The position numbers and the translations under genes are program-made. The notes under the pieces are model-generated. The model did not search any database. It was not told the origin of the DNA and saw nothing but the letters and a program-made list of their open reading frames with translations. Source: an uncultured Planctomycetota bacterium (GTDB lineage: Bacteria; Planctomycetota; Planctomycetia; Isosphaerales; Isosphaeraceae). Taken from it: a DNA stretch of 64,000 nucleotides. Location: positions 288,001 to 352,000 of the forward strand of contig CAVTTN010000002.1 of assembly GCA_963737655.1 (NCBI GenBank), read 5' to 3'. Each line of letters starts with the position of its first letter. Position 1 is the stretch's first letter. Below are positions 28,671-43,924 of this stretch, piece by piece.

Positions 28671-29675
28671 ATGCCGGCCACGATGTTCTACGACCAGGAC
28701 GCCGACCTGGGCTTGCTCAAGGGCAAGACGATCGCCATCATCGGCTACGGCAGCCAGGGACATGCCCAGGCCCAGAACCTCCGCGACTCGGGCTGCGACG
28801 TGATCGTCGGCCAGCGCCCCGGTTCGGCCAATTATGACCTCGCCGTGAAGGACGGTTTCCAGCCCGTCAGCGCCTCCGAGGCCGCCTCGCGGGGCGACCT
28901 CGTCAACCTCTTGCTGCCCGACGAGGTCACGGCCGAGGTCTACGACCGCGACGTCAAGCCCAACCTCAAGCCCGGCGACCTGTTGCTCTGCTCCCACGGG
29001 TTCAACATCCACTTCGGCCAGGTCGTCCCGCCGGTGGGCGTCGATAGCGCCCTGGTCGCCCCGAAGGGGCCGGGCCACCTCGTCCGCAGCGAGTTCGTCA
29101 AGGGAGGCGGAGTCCCCTGCCTGATCGCCTTCGGCGAGGGATGCTCCGAAACCGGCAAGAAACTCGCCCTCGCCTACGCCAAGGGGATCGGCGGCACCCG
29201 GGGAGGCGTCCTCCAGACCACCTTCGCCGAGGAGACCGAGACCGACCTGTTCGGCGAGCAGGTGGTCCTCTGCGGAGGCGTCAGCGCCCTGGTGAAGATG
29301 GGCTTCGAGACCCTCATCGAGGCCGGTTACCAGCCCGAGAGCGCCTATTTCGAGTGCCTCCACGAGCTGAAGCTGATCGTGGACCTCATGTACCAGGGCG
29401 GCCTGAACTACATGAGGTACAGCATCTCTAACACGGCCGAATATGGCGATTACACCCGGGGCCCCCGGATCGTCAACGAGCAAACCCGGGCCGAGATGAA
29501 GAAGATCCTCGGCGAGATCCAGTCCGGCCAGTTCGCCCGGGAGTGGATCCTGGAGAACAAGGCCGGGCGGCCCGGCTTCCTCGCCACCAAGAGGCGGGAA
29601 CGTCAGCACCCGGTCGAGGAAGTCGGCAAGAGGCTCCGCTCGCTGATGACCTGGATCGATTCGAAGACCGTGTGA
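28671..29675 (+). CDS. ilvC: Ketol-acid reductoisomerase
   Basis: [42 protein letters not shown]. Confidence 0.97.
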   Translation: MPATMFYDQDADLGLLKGKTIAIIGYGSQGHAQAQNLRDSGCDVIVGQRPGSANYDLAVKDGFQPVSASEAASRGDLVNLLLPDEVTAEVYDRDVKPNLKPGDLLLCSHGFNIHFGQVVPPVGVDSALVAPKGPGHLVRSEFVKGGGVPCLIAFGEGCSETGKKLALAYAKGIGGTRGGVLQTTFAEETETDLFGEQVVLCGGVSALVKMGFETLIEAGYQPESAYFECLHELKLIVDLMYQGGLNYMRYSISNTAEYGDYTRGPRIVNEQTRAEMKKILGEIQSGQFAREWILENKAGRPGFLATKRRERQHPVEEVGKRLRSLMTWIDSKTV

Positions 29676-29751
29676 TCGCGACGGCGGGACGGCAACCACC
29701 TTCCGCGCTTGGAAACGCGGAAGATGGTGCCCCGCTCCACCTCGCCGACGA

Positions 29752-30263
29752 TCAGGCGACGCACTCGGCCAGTTCCTCGGCCTTGGGGGCCTGCATGGCG
29801 GCCATCGCCTCTTTCATCTTCGCGTCCATCTGTTCCGGGGTGAGGTCTTCGACGTGGGTGGCCAGCGACCAGAGGTGGCCGGCCGGGTCCTGGATCTTGG
29901 CGAAGCGATCGCCCCAGAACATGTCCATCGGCGGCATCAGCACGGTGGCGCCGGCCTCGACCGCCCTGGCGAACGTCGCATCCACGTCCTCGATATAATG
30001 ATGGATCGTCACCGGGGAGCCGCCCAGGGCCAGGGGCTCTTCGGACCCATCGACGGGAACTCCTCGGAGAGCATCACCAGCGAATCGCCGATCTTCAGGG
30101 TCGAATGCATGATCAGGCCCGTCTGCGGGCAGGTCATCCGGTGCATCTCCTTCGCACCGAACGCCTTCTCGTAGAATGCCACCGCGCTCGGGGCATCCTT
30201 CGCCGTCAGGTACGGCGTGATCGCGTGCTGACCATCCGGGATCGGCTTCACACCATCGGCCAT
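29752..30263 (-). CDS. VOC/PhnB family protein (frameshift ~30035)
   Basis: KPIPDGQHAITPYL...FYEKAFGA in one frame, DMFWGDRFAKIQDPAGHLW in the other. Confidence 0.88.
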
Positions 30264-30430
30264 GACACCCTCCTGGGCGAAAAGGGATCGATCCTTGGGT
30301 CCTGACCACCTGTGCATCAGGACCGGGATCGAGCGATGAACAGACCACAGATCGGACGGGATGTCAACGTCCGTTCAGTCCTTTTTCGCGATTTTCGGGA
30401 TTTCGGGCGGAACCGAACGGAGGGCGAATC

Positions 30431-30661
30431 ATGGCCGAGATCGCGGAAAAAGTCCCAGAGAGCGTCCCCGGAAGGTTTTACGTCGATCGCACATGTATCG
30501 ACTGCGACCTCTGCCGCGAGACCGCGCCCGGGAATTTCGCCCGAGAAGATCGTCAGGGGTACAGCTTCGTGACCCGCCAGCCCGCCAACCCGGCCGAGGA
30601 AGCCGCCTGCCGGGCCGCCCTGGAAGAATGCCCGGTCGAGGCGATCGGCTGCGACGGATGA
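30431..30661 (+). CDS. Ferredoxin
   Basis: CIDCDLC...CPVEAI. Confidence 0.93.
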   Translation: MAEIAEKVPESVPGRFYVDRTCIDCDLCRETAPGNFAREDRQGYSFVTRQPANPAEEAACRAALEECPVEAIGCDG

Positions 30662-30724
30662 TCCGGTGCTGGAACGGCACCGACCACGAGACCATCGGGT
30701 GCATTTCATGCACCGATGGCGATG

Positions 30725-32293
30725 TCAGTCGCCGTTCAGGACCGCCATCGCGGCGTTCCTTCCGTTGATCCCGATCACGCTGCCTCCGGGGTGGGTGCAG
30801 GCCCCGCAGAGGAACAGGCCGTCCATGGGCGTTTTGGATTTAAGTCGTTGGTCCCAGAGATATTGCGGCAGGCATTCCCCCTGGAAGATGTGGCCGCCCG
30901 AGAGCCCGACCCTCGCCTCGATGTCCGGCGGGCCGAGCACCTGGACGGCCTCGATCGCCTCGGGCCAGTTCGTCACGAATCGGCCGATCGAGTCGAGAAC
31001 AGCCTTCTGAACGTCCCCTCGCCGCGAGTCCCAATCGCCGTTTATGAACGAATTTGGCACATACTGGGCGAAAACGCTCATCGTGTGGCGACCCGGAGGG
31101 GCCACGCTCGGATCGACGGCCGTTTGAAAGTACAGCTCGGTCCAAATTCGTTCGGGTATCCGGCCCGATTGGGCCGTCCGATGCGCCGAGTGCCATTCCA
31201 TCTTGCTCAAGGGCGTATTGATCTGGCCCCGATGATGCGGCTGATCGGTTCCGGGGAGGCAGGCGAAGTTCGGCAATTCCCGGAGGGCCAGGTTGAGTTT
31301 CGCGGTGCATCCAAGTTGCGGGATGGATTCGACTTGCGACTTCCACGCCGGGTCCGCCATGTCGCCCAGAAGGCTCAAAGTCCGCCGAGGGTCGGCGTTG
31401 GAGACGACGCATCGGGCCTCGATCCGGTCGCCGCCCTCCAGCTCCACGCCTCGCCCCGGCACGACCCTCGCCACGGGGGCCTCGGCAAGGATCACGGCGC
31501 CGGCCTCCCGGGCGGCTTCGGCCAAAAAGAGCGAGACGCGGCCCATCCCGCCGTGGACATAGCCCCAGCCCCCGGGGACCCCTCCGAGGCGACCCGACTG
31601 GTGGTGGAAGTGGATCGAGGCCGTGCCCGGATCGTGCGGGCTCGCATTGGTCCCGATCACTCCCTGGCCAAGATAGGCCATCTGGAGGCGTTCGTCGGAC
31701 AGGAAATGCTCGACGTACTCGACCATGGACCACTCGAAGAGCATCTTGATTGCTTCGGAATCGCCTCGGAGGCGGCCTTCGAGCTGCTCGCGAGACGGGG
31801 CGGGGCCGATCCAGACGTCCCGGTCGTCGTCGGGGCGGAGGGCGTCGCGGAGCCGCCGTTTCACGTCGCCCATCGCCCGCCAGCCGTCGAAATCCCTGGG
31901 GAACTTCCGGCGGATCTCGGCCTGGCAGCGGGCGTCGTCGTCCCAGAGCTGGACGTGGCTGCCATCGTCGAACGGGACGAACAGCCCGGCGTCGGCGAGG
32001 GTCCAGGTCAGCCCTCGTTCGACCAGACGAAGCTCGCGGATCACCAGGGGATGCAGCAAGCCGAGGAGGTAGGCGCAGGGGCTCACGGTGAAGCCGGGCC
32101 AGGTCTCTTCCAGGGTGCAGGCCCCTCCGAGCCGGGGGCGGCTTTCCAGGACGAGGACCGACTTGCCGGCCTGGGCGAGATAGGCGGCGCAGGTCAAGCC
32201 GTTGTGCCCGGCCCCGACGATCACCACGTCCCAGTTTCGAGCGGCGATGTCTCGGATCGAGGGGGAGGAGGAAGAGGAACGCGACGGGCTCAT
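30725..32293 (-). CDS. Phytoene dehydrogenase-like FAD-dependent oxidoreductase
   Basis: VGAGHNGLTCAAYLA, GGHIFQG, GLFLCGACTHPGGSV. Confidence 0.9.
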   Translation of the reverse strand: MSPSRSSSSSPSIRDIAARNWDVVIVGAGHNGLTCAAYLAQAGKSVLVLESRPRLGGACTLEETWPGFTVSPCAYLLGLLHPLVIRELRLVERGLTWTLADAGLFVPFDDGSHVQLWDDDARCQAEIRRKFPRDFDGWRAMGDVKRRLRDALRPDDDRDVWIGPAPSREQLEGRLRGDSEAIKMLFEWSMVEYVEHFLSDERLQMAYLGQGVIGTNASPHDPGTASIHFHHQSGRLGGVPGGWGYVHGGMGRVSLFLAEAAREAGAVILAEAPVARVVPGRGVELEGGDRIEARCVVSNADPRRTLSLLGDMADPAWKSQVESIPQLGCTAKLNLALRELPNFACLPGTDQPHHRGQINTPLSKMEWHSAHRTAQSGRIPERIWTELYFQTAVDPSVAPPGRHTMSVFAQYVPNSFINGDWDSRRGDVQKAVLDSIGRFVTNWPEAIEAVQVLGPPDIEARVGLSGGHIFQGECLPQYLWDQRLKSKTPMDGLFLCGACTHPGGSVIGINGRNAAMAVLNGD

Positions 32294-32317
32294 CGATGGC
32301 GTTCCTCGTGATCCTGT

Positions 32318-32385
32318 CGGGCGCATGAGATGCGCCATCTTCCGGTTTTGGGCGAAGGAAGATGGTGCATTTCATGCACCCTACG
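32318..32385. repeat. Inverted REP pair (GTAGGGTGCATGAAATGCACC family)
   Basis: GGGCGCATGAGATGCGCCATC / TGGTGCATTTCATGCACCCTACG. Related copies are near 30698, 47670 and 62204. Confidence 0.7.
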
Positions 32386-32392
32386 AAGACGT

Positions 32393-36030
<3,638 letters not shown>

Positions 36031-36204
36031 TGCCGTCCTTCGCCCCCTCGGCCGGAGACCCGGTCGTTCCGTTCTAAGTCGTCCAAAGCATAAAATTTAC
36101 AGCGATTCGGACGGATCGGTCAAGGCGAGCCGACCCGCCCGGGGACCGCCCCTCCGCCCCATGATGGGACGCCCCGTCGCCCGAAAATCGCCCCCATCCT
36201 GTCT

Positions 36205-37462
36205 CTACGACGAGGCGACGCCCTCGGATCGCGCGAGCCGATCGCCCGGAATCGCCGTCCCCGGCAGGAACAGGAGGGTGACGAGCGTCGCCACGAGCGC
36301 GAGGTTGCGCAGATTGAGCAGGATCAACGCCGACGGATGGAGGTCGCGAAGCGCGAGGAATCCCCAGGGGTAGAGGATCAGGGTCAGGACGCTCGCGACG
36401 AGAAAGATCGGGCGGCCGACCCGGCCGGACGGCCCGTCGATCGCCGCGACGAACGGATAGACCCAGATCAGGTACTGGGGAGAGATCACCTTGCCCGTGA
36501 CCGAAAAGGCCAGAACGGCCGCGCCGGCCAGCCGGAGGCCGTCGGCCGGGTCGGCCCGGACCGATCGCCAGGCCACCACGAGCATCGCCAGAAGCTGGAT
36601 CGGAACCCCAAATCTGGCCGCCATTTCCGATCCCGGCGCGTCCAGGTTCGACGACTCATGGGAGAAGAAAACGCGCATCGGCGATTCGTTCCACCATCCC
36701 CAGAGCCCCAGGACGCCCGAGGCCACCGACCCGATCTCCACCCCCCGACCCGAATGGTAGGCGAGCGAGTCCCCCACGCCCGATCGTCCGCCGACCGCCA
36801 GCCACGACGCCAGCCCGAGAGCCAGGGTGATCGAGAACGCGAGCCCCTCCCGAGATTTTTTTCCGCCGAAGGTCGAACACCACGCCCGGGACCGCCACGG
36901 CCCCGGGGACCACCTTCACAAGGGTCCCCAGGGCCGCGCAAAACCCGCCCAGGACGGGTTTTCCGCCGCTCCAAAGGAGGGCCGCCCCGAAGCCAATCAG
37001 GGCCGGGACCGCGTCGTACCGGCCCATCACGAACGGACAGACCGCCGCGAAGAACGCGGTCAACCAGATCAATCGACGGGCGACGGCCCCCGGCCCGACC
37101 GTCCTGGCGACCCTCCAGGCCACCAGACCGACGATCCCACACTCCACCAGCAACATCTCGGCCGCGAACAGGGCCACGAACGCCGACTGAGTGCCGGTCA
37201 AGAGCCTCGGAGCGAAGACGAACGGCAGGGCCAGGGGAGGATACTCGATCGGGTCGTCGCGATACGGCACCTTCCCCCCCCTCGCCGAGTTCGCGTGGTC
37301 CAGGAACTTCGGGACGTCGGCGAACACCAGAGGACGGTCCAGCGACCGGAACGCCGGAAGTTTCGAGGCCTCGGCCGCTCGGATCGCCCCGAAACTCACG
37401 ATGGCGATCGTGAAGTGCGCGAAACACGTCGCCATGACGCACAACCAGACGTTTCGCGTCAT
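36205..37462 (-). CDS. GT87/DUF2029-like membrane glycosyltransferase (frameshift ~36850)
   Basis: PYRDDPIEYPPLAL, MGRYDAVPA, KVISPQYLIW. Confidence 0.8.
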
Positions 37463-39077
37463 TTCGCCGTCCCGGGGGCGTTCGAGGGCTTTCTCCGCCG
37501 GACCTCGATCGAGCCGAACCGTTTCTCCGGGACGTATTCGCGTTCGATGACCTCGACCACCTTGGTCAAGGGCAAGGCGCGGGGCATGGTCTTCTCCTCG
37601 GGGCACCAGACGACGACGGAGTCGGCCCCGGCGTTCTGGAGGGCCTCGGCGAACGCCCCCTCATCCTCCTCGCGGACGACGGTCAGCCAGGCGACCGACT
37701 CGGCCGGGAAGGCGGGCATCCGCCCGGTGGGTCCGGTGACGGCCGGGACGTGCTTCAAGGCGTTGGCGATCCTGGTTTTCGGGCCCGTCGTCTTGCGGAG
37801 ATGGATCAGCAGATCGCGATAGTCGGACCACTCGTAATAAGCGGCGGCCGGAACGTCCGGATGGCGGGCGTAGCCGGTCGGCCGGGCCCGGGCTCCTCGT
37901 GGGCCTTCAGCAGAGAAGGTGCGAGCCGGCTGCCGTTGGGATTGCAGAATCGCGGCTTGGCGGTCAGGCCCAGGCCCAGGACCAGCAGCACCGAGACGAG
38001 CCGGACGGTGGCCGGCAATCGGCGTTGCTCCAGGAGGCTCTCCACCAAAAGGGCCACGAGCACGGCCCAGACCACCATCAACGGATGCGTCAAGTACGCA
38101 TGAGGATGGGGGCTCAGCGGCCGATAGAGCAAGACGCCCAGGAAGGCCAGGGCCCAGGGAAACGCCGCCCGGCGGGTCTCGGAAAGCGACCTCCTCGCGA
38201 GCAAGAGGATGCCGATCGGGACGATATCCACCCGTAAGGGCTGGAGCTGCAAGGAGAACTGCTCCAGGAACATCTGACCGGACACGAGGTTGTACTTGTT
38301 CCCGTAGCTCACGACTTTCAGCGACTTCAGAAAGTCGGGCCAGACGCCCGCCAGGACCAGGGGCAGGAAACCCAGGCCCACTCCGGCCGCCAGGACGATC
38401 CCCCACTCGGCCACGGCGGCGATCGCCGAGCGATCGCGGCTCCGGGCCGCGCCGCCGACGACCCACGCCTGGGCCGGCAACAACAGGATGGCCTGGGGGC
38501 GGATGATCAGCCCAAACGCCGTCAGGAGGGCCGCCACCAGCCGGGAGGTTCGACCCGGAAACGCCTGGGCGAGCAGGGTCCCGACGATCGCCAGGACGGG
38601 CCCGTGCCAGTCTCGTTGAGCGGCCTGGCTGTAATCCAGGGCGAGATAATAGCCGAGGAAGCCGCCGAACCCCGCCAGGCCCGGCAATGCCCGGCCGAAC
38701 CGGCGGAGGCTCCAGGCGAGCAGGGTCGCCCCGAAGACGATCACGAGCGAGACGTCGAAGCCATAAAGGGCCGGTCCCTGGGCCCATCCGAAGCCGAACA
38801 GCTTGCCGAAGGCCCAGAACAAGTAGATCGTCCCGGGGAAGTTGTTGCCCCGGAAGTCGCGATAGGGGAGCATCCCGCCTTGCCACGCCCGGGCGGCGGT
38901 GGAGAACACGTCGTGATCGGCCCAGAGCGGCCAGGTGAGGTAATTCGGGGCCCAGGTGGCCAGCTCCCAGAGGCAGAGCAGGCCCACGGCCAGGGCCAGG
39001 GGGCCTTTCATGGCCCACTCGGCGATCGCCTCGTGGCGAGAACCGTCGTCGTCATCGCCCTCGCTGTGATGGTCCAC
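37459..39077 (-). CDS. Polytopic membrane protein, GT-C-like (frameshift ~37885)
   Basis: WADHDVF...LPYRDFRGNNFPGT and AQRDWH motifs with multiple TM segments. Confidence 0.7.
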
Positions 39078-39260
39078 GGGAGCCGGCTCCGTCCGGAGAG
39101 GGGGGTGGGGTCGCGATCGGGGGCGGATTGTAAACCAAGCGGGCGGCGGAAGTCCAATCGGTGACGGCCGGACGCCGACGGCCGGCCTTCGCTCGAAATC
39201 CGGGCGGGATTGCCGTACAATCGGGGCCGGCGGCGGATCTCGGCAGAGGAGGAGGCGGCC

Positions 39261-40061
39261 TTGGCCGATTCGGGACGTCTGGGGCGGAGACGGTTGATCG
39301 TCCTCGGCAGCGGCACGTCCACGGGCGTCCCGGTGATCGGGTGTGATTGCCCGGTGTGTCGATCGGACGACCCGAGGAACCAGCGGACCCGTCCGAGCGT
39401 CTTGCTGGAACTGCCGGGGGGGAACCTCCTGATCGACACCACGCCCGAGATGAGGCTCCAACTGCTCCGCGAACGAATCGGCAAGGTCCACGCGATCCTC
39501 TTCACCCACCACCACGCCGACCACCTCTTCGGCCTGGACGACGCCCGGCTGTTCCCCAAGGCCCTGGGCGGGCCCGTCCCGGTGTTCTGCGAGGAAGAGA
39601 CCGAGGAGACCATCCGCCGGGTCTTCCACTACGCCTTCGACGACCACTCGGGCAAGATCCCCACCGGGGGCGTCCCCCAGTTGCAGTTCCGCCGGATCGC
39701 CCCGGGCGAGCCGTTCGACCTCCTGGGCCAGCGGGTCATCCCGGTCCGGCTGATCCACGGCCGGTTCCGGGTGCTAGGCTTCCGTTTCGGGGACCTGGCT
39801 TACTTGACCGACGTCTCGACGATCCCCGAAGAGAGCTGGCCGTGGCTGGAGGGGCTGGACACGCTCCTGCTCGATGCTTTGAGACGGTCCCCGCATCCGA
39901 CCCATTTCAACATCGATCAGGCCCTGGGCGTGGTCGAGCGGCTCCGGCCCCGGCGGACGTTCTTCACGCATCTCTCGCACGACCTGGACCATCAGGCGAC
40001 CGAGTCGAGCTTGCCGGCCGGAGTCGGATTGGCCTACGATGGGCTGGCGCTGGAATTCTGA
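39261..40061 (+). CDS. MBL-fold metallo-hydrolase (PhnP/YcfH-associated type)
   Basis: LGSGTSTGVPVIGCDCPVC, THHHADHLFGLDD, THLSH. Confidence 0.92.
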   Translation: MADSGRLGRRRLIVLGSGTSTGVPVIGCDCPVCRSDDPRNQRTRPSVLLELPGGNLLIDTTPEMRLQLLRERIGKVHAILFTHHHADHLFGLDDARLFPKALGGPVPVFCEEETEETIRRVFHYAFDDHSGKIPTGGVPQLQFRRIAPGEPFDLLGQRVIPVRLIHGRFRVLGFRFGDLAYLTDVSTIPEESWPWLEGLDTLLLDALRRSPHPTHFNIDQALGVVERLRPRRTFFTHLSHDLDHQATESSLPAGVGLAYDGLALEF

Positions 40062-40135
40062 CCGCCGATCCCCGGGCGACGACCGGCCCCTCGACCTTTC
40101 TTCGCTTCGCGAACCGAACTCAGGAGCCTGCGAGC

Positions 40136-41560
40136 ATGTCCGCCGACCCGCAATTGGCCGCCCTCCTGGACCATCACGGCCAGGGCCATTTGCTCCGCTG
40201 GTGGGACGTCCTGGACGACGCCGGCCGGGCCCGACTCGCCCGGGAGATCCGGGACCTGGACCTCGTCCGGCTCGACGACCTGATCGAGCGGCTCGTGTTC
40301 CACGACGAGGCCGCCGCGCCCCCGGCCGAGGCCGTCCAGCCCGTCCCGGTCAGCCGATTGCCCCGGACCGACGGCGAGCGAGTGACCCGCAGGCTCGCGG
40401 CCGAGGTGGGCGAGGGCATGCTGGCTCGCGGAGAGGTCGGCGTGGTCCTCGTCGCCGGAGGGCAGGGGACCCGCCTGGGGTTCGACGGCCCGAAGGGCAC
40501 CTATCCGATCGGCCCGGTCTCCGCCGCGACCCTCTTCCAGATCCACGCCGAGAAGATCGCGGCCCTCGGCAAGAGGTTCGGCCGCCCCCTGCCGCTTTAC
40601 GTGATGACCAGCCCGGACAACCACGAGGCCACCGCCCGATTCTTCGCCGAGAATCACGACTTCGGCCTCGACCGCGTCCGCCTGTTCGTCCAGGGTCAGA
40701 TGCCGGCCGTGGATCGGGCCTCGGGCAAGGTCCTGATGGCCTCGAAGGACGGGCTCGCGCTCAGCCCCGACGGCCACGGAGGGACCCTCAAGGCCCTCGC
40801 GGCGCCCGGGCCCGACGGAGGGCCGTCCTGCCTTGAGGAGATGAACGATCGCGGCATCCGCACCCTGTTCTACTTCCAGGTCGATAACCCGATGGTCCAG
40901 ATCGCCGACCCGGCGTTCCTGGGGCTGCACCGGAGGGCCGAGGCCGAGGTCTCGTTCAAGGTCGTCGAGAAGGTCCACCCCGACGAGAAAGTCGGCGTCG
41001 TGGTCGAGGTGGACGGCAAGCCGCAGGTCATCGAGTATTCCGACCTGCCGCGGGACCTGGCCGAGCGTCGCGAGCCCGACGGCGGCCTGGAGCTCTGGGC
41101 CGGGAGCATCGCCATCCACGTCTTCGAGCGCGCGTTCATCGAACGGCTGGTGAGCGAGGCGAGCCTGCCGTATCACCGGGCGATCAAGAAGGTGAAGTTC
41201 GTGGACGAGGCGGGCAACCTCGTCGATCCGCCGTCGCCCAACGCGGTGAAGTTCGAGACGTTCATCTTCGACGCCCTGCCGCTGGCCGAACGGTACGCGG
41301 TGGTGGAGACGGATCGGGCCGTGGAGTTCGAGCCGTTGAAGAACGCGACGGGGCCGGACTCGCCGGCGACGGTCCGCCAGAGGATGAGCGACCTGTTCGC
41401 CGGCTGGCTCGAAGGGGCCGGGGCGAGCGTCCCGAGGAGGCCCGACGGCTCGGTCCCGTTCGGGATCGAGATCAGCCCCCTGTTCGCGCTCGACGCGGCC
41501 GAGCTGAAGGCCAAGATCCCCCCCGGGACGAGGATCGACGGACCCACGTATCTTCGATGA
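40136..41560 (+). CDS. UDPGP-family UDP-N-acetylglucosamine pyrophosphorylase
   Basis: LVAGGQGTRLGFDGPKG, SPDGHGG, QVDNP, KFETFIFD, EFEPLKN. Confidence 0.9.
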   Translation: MSADPQLAALLDHHGQGHLLRWWDVLDDAGRARLAREIRDLDLVRLDDLIERLVFHDEAAAPPAEAVQPVPVSRLPRTDGERVTRRLAAEVGEGMLARGEVGVVLVAGGQGTRLGFDGPKGTYPIGPVSAATLFQIHAEKIAALGKRFGRPLPLYVMTSPDNHEATARFFAENHDFGLDRVRLFVQGQMPAVDRASGKVLMASKDGLALSPDGHGGTLKALAAPGPDGGPSCLEEMNDRGIRTLFYFQVDNPMVQIADPAFLGLHRRAEAEVSFKVVEKVHPDEKVGVVVEVDGKPQVIEYSDLPRDLAERREPDGGLELWAGSIAIHVFERAFIERLVSEASLPYHRAIKKVKFVDEAGNLVDPPSPNAVKFETFIFDALPLAERYAVVETDRAVEFEPLKNATGPDSPATVRQRMSDLFAGWLEGAGASVPRRPDGSVPFGIEISPLFALDAAELKAKIPPGTRIDGPTYLR

Positions 41561-41587
41561 TCGGCCCGAGGGGCCTGGGATCGACCC

Positions 41588-42289
41588 ATGAGGCTGGACG
41601 AGCGAACAACCCTGGAGAAGATGACCCGGACGATCGTCGATCGCTTCCGTCCCGAGCGCCTGGTGTTGTTCGGCTCGCGGGCCCGAGGCGACAACGGCCC
41701 GGGTAGCGACTTCGATTTGCTGATGATCGCGCCTTCGGACCGTCCCCGGCTCGGGCGGTCCGTCCCGGTCTTCGCCGCCCTGGCCGGCTCCGGCGTCTCG
41801 AAAGACATCGTCTGGTGGACCCCGGAGGAGGTCGAGGAATGGCGAGGCGTGAAGTCGCACTTCATCAACACCGCCCTGAGCGAGGGGGTCACCCTGTATG
41901 ACAAGCCGACCGACCACGCCTGGGCCCTCTGGAAGCAGGCGGAGAACGACCTCTTCGCGGCCAGGACCGTCCTGGAGACCGGCCGGGCGCTGGATACCGT
42001 TTGCTTCCATGCCCAGCAGGCGGCGGAGAAGAGCCTGAAGGTGGTCGCTCGGGTTGACGTCGAATACCCCCGTCGGCACGATCTGGGGGAGCTGCTGAGC
42101 CTCGTCGGAACCCTGGCGACCGACCTCGACCTCGCCGGGATTTCGGCCATCGAACTGGCCCCCTTCGCCGTCCAGGTCCGGTATGAGACCGGCCCCGAGC
42201 CGACGCCCGAACTCTCGGGTGAAGCGTTGAAGATCGCCGAGGCGATCCCCCAGGAGGTCGGCCGGTGGATCGAATCCCGAGGATCCTGA
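41588..42289 (+). CDS. Minimal nucleotidyltransferase-HEPN fusion
   Basis: LFGSRARGD...SDFDLL (MNT) in frame with CFHAQQAAEKSLK...PRRHDL...VRY (HEPN). Confidence 0.85.
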   Translation: MRLDERTTLEKMTRTIVDRFRPERLVLFGSRARGDNGPGSDFDLLMIAPSDRPRLGRSVPVFAALAGSGVSKDIVWWTPEEVEEWRGVKSHFINTALSEGVTLYDKPTDHAWALWKQAENDLFAARTVLETGRALDTVCFHAQQAAEKSLKVVARVDVEYPRRHDLGELLSLVGTLATDLDLAGISAIELAPFAVQVRYETGPEPTPELSGEALKIAEAIPQEVGRWIESRGS

Positions 42290-42375
42290 ACGGTCTCCGC
42301 GATCGATGATCGCCTCGATGCCCACCCGAGCGTGGGCCGCATCCCTCCCTTCTCGAACGAGGTGGCCCTCCTCTC

Positions 42376-43455
42376 ATGCTCCACGCCGTCGTGATGGCCG
42401 GCGGAAGCGGCACCCGGTTCTGGCCCAAGAGCCGCCGCTCCCGCCCCAAGCAGTTGCTCCAGCTCTCCGGGGAGGGCACGCTCCTCCAGCAGACCGTGGA
42501 GAGGATCGCGCCGATGGTCCCCCCCGAACGGGTGCGGATCATCACCGGGGCCGACCAGGCCGAGGCGGTCCGCTCGCAGCTCCCCGGCTTGCCTCCCGGC
42601 AACGTGGTGGCCGAGCCCTGCCCCCGGGACACCGCCCCGTGCGTCGGCCTGGCGGCGTCGATCATCGCCCGGCTCGATCCCGAGGCGACCATGATCGTGA
42701 TGCCCGCCGATCACGTGATCATGCCTCCGGCCACGTTCCGCAAGACCGTCGAGGCCGCCTTCGACGTGATCGAGGCCGACCCCTCCGCGTTCGTGACCTT
42801 CGGCGTGACGCCCACCCGGCCCGAGACGGGCTATGGCTACATCGAGAGGGGCGAGCTCCTCGGCCATCCCGGCGGGATCGCCATGCATCGGGTGGCCCAG
42901 TTCCGCGAGAAGCCCGACCGCCTCACGGCCGAGCGATTCCTGGCCGAGGGCCGGTTCGCCTGGAACGCCGGGATCTTTCTCTGGAAGGCGAAGGCGATCC
43001 TCGACGCCCTGGCCCTCCACCGGCCCGGCCTCTCGGCCGCCCTCCGCCGGGTGGCCAACACCCTGGGCACCCCGGCCGAGGCCGCGACGATCGCCCTGGA
43101 ATTCCCGAGGATGGAGCGCATCCCGATCGACAAGGCCGTGATGGAGAAGGCCGACAACGTCCGAGTCCTCGAGGTCACCTACGACTGGTCGGACGTCGGC
43201 GACTGGCGGTCCCTGGCCGAGCTCCTGCCCAGCGACCCGAGCGGCAACACCGTGCAAGGGCCGGTCCATGCCGTCGAGACCAGGGGCTCGATCGTGATCG
43301 CCGACGAGGGGAAGCTGGTCGCCACCCTCGGGGTCGAGGACCTCGTGATCGTCCAGTCCGGAGGCGCCACCCTGGTCGCCCGCCGCGATCAGCTCGACAA
43401 GCTCAAGGGGCTGGTCGAGGGGCTGGAGCCGGCCGGCTTCTCCTCGGAACTCTGA
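42376..43455 (+). CDS. manC: Mannose-1-phosphate guanylyltransferase
   Basis: MAGGSGTRFWPKSR..PKQ, PETGYGYI, FREKP, WSDVGDW. Confidence 0.94.
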   Translation: MLHAVVMAGGSGTRFWPKSRRSRPKQLLQLSGEGTLLQQTVERIAPMVPPERVRIITGADQAEAVRSQLPGLPPGNVVAEPCPRDTAPCVGLAASIIARLDPEATMIVMPADHVIMPPATFRKTVEAAFDVIEADPSAFVTFGVTPTRPETGYGYIERGELLGHPGGIAMHRVAQFREKPDRLTAERFLAEGRFAWNAGIFLWKAKAILDALALHRPGLSAALRRVANTLGTPAEAATIALEFPRMERIPIDKAVMEKADNVRVLEVTYDWSDVGDWRSLAELLPSDPSGNTVQGPVHAVETRGSIVIADEGKLVATLGVEDLVIVQSGGATLVARRDQLDKLKGLVEGLEPAGFSSEL

Positions 43456-43468
43456 CCGGGGACTGGCG

Positions 43469-43924
43469 ATGGGGCGAATCCTCGGGATCGATTTCGGGAC
43501 CAGGCGGGTCGGCGCGGCCCTGAGCGACCCGAGGCACCAAATCGCCTCGCCCCTGGAAGTCTACGAACGACGAGACCCGCGCCAGGACGCCCGACACTAT
43601 GCGAAGCTGGTGAGCGAGGAAGAAATCGATGCCATCGTCGTCGGCCTCCCCCTGCACACCGGAGGAGGGGAAGGGGAGCTCGCCGCCCTCGCCCGGAAGT
43701 TCGGCCGGTGGCTCGGCGAGACGACCGCCCGGCCGGTCGTCTTCTTCGACGAGCGGTATACCAGCGTCGCCGCCGAGGAAGCCCTCCGATCGGCCGGGCT
43801 CTCCCCGAAGGAACGCAAGGCCCGTCGCGACATGCTGGCCGCCCAGATCCTCTTGCAGGACTACCTCGACGCCGGTTGCCCCCGGGAAGACTCCGCCCCT
43901 TCACCTCTGGAAGACCCGGATTGA
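43469..43924 (+). CDS. ruvX: Holliday junction resolvase-like RuvX/YqgF
   Basis: LGIDFGTRRVGAALSD, VVGLP, DERYTS, AAQILLQDYLD. Confidence 0.94.
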   Translation: MGRILGIDFGTRRVGAALSDPRHQIASPLEVYERRDPRQDARHYAKLVSEEEIDAIVVGLPLHTGGGEGELAALARKFGRWLGETTARPVVFFDERYTSVAAEEALRSAGLSPKERKARRDMLAAQILLQDYLDAGCPREDSAPSPLEDPD

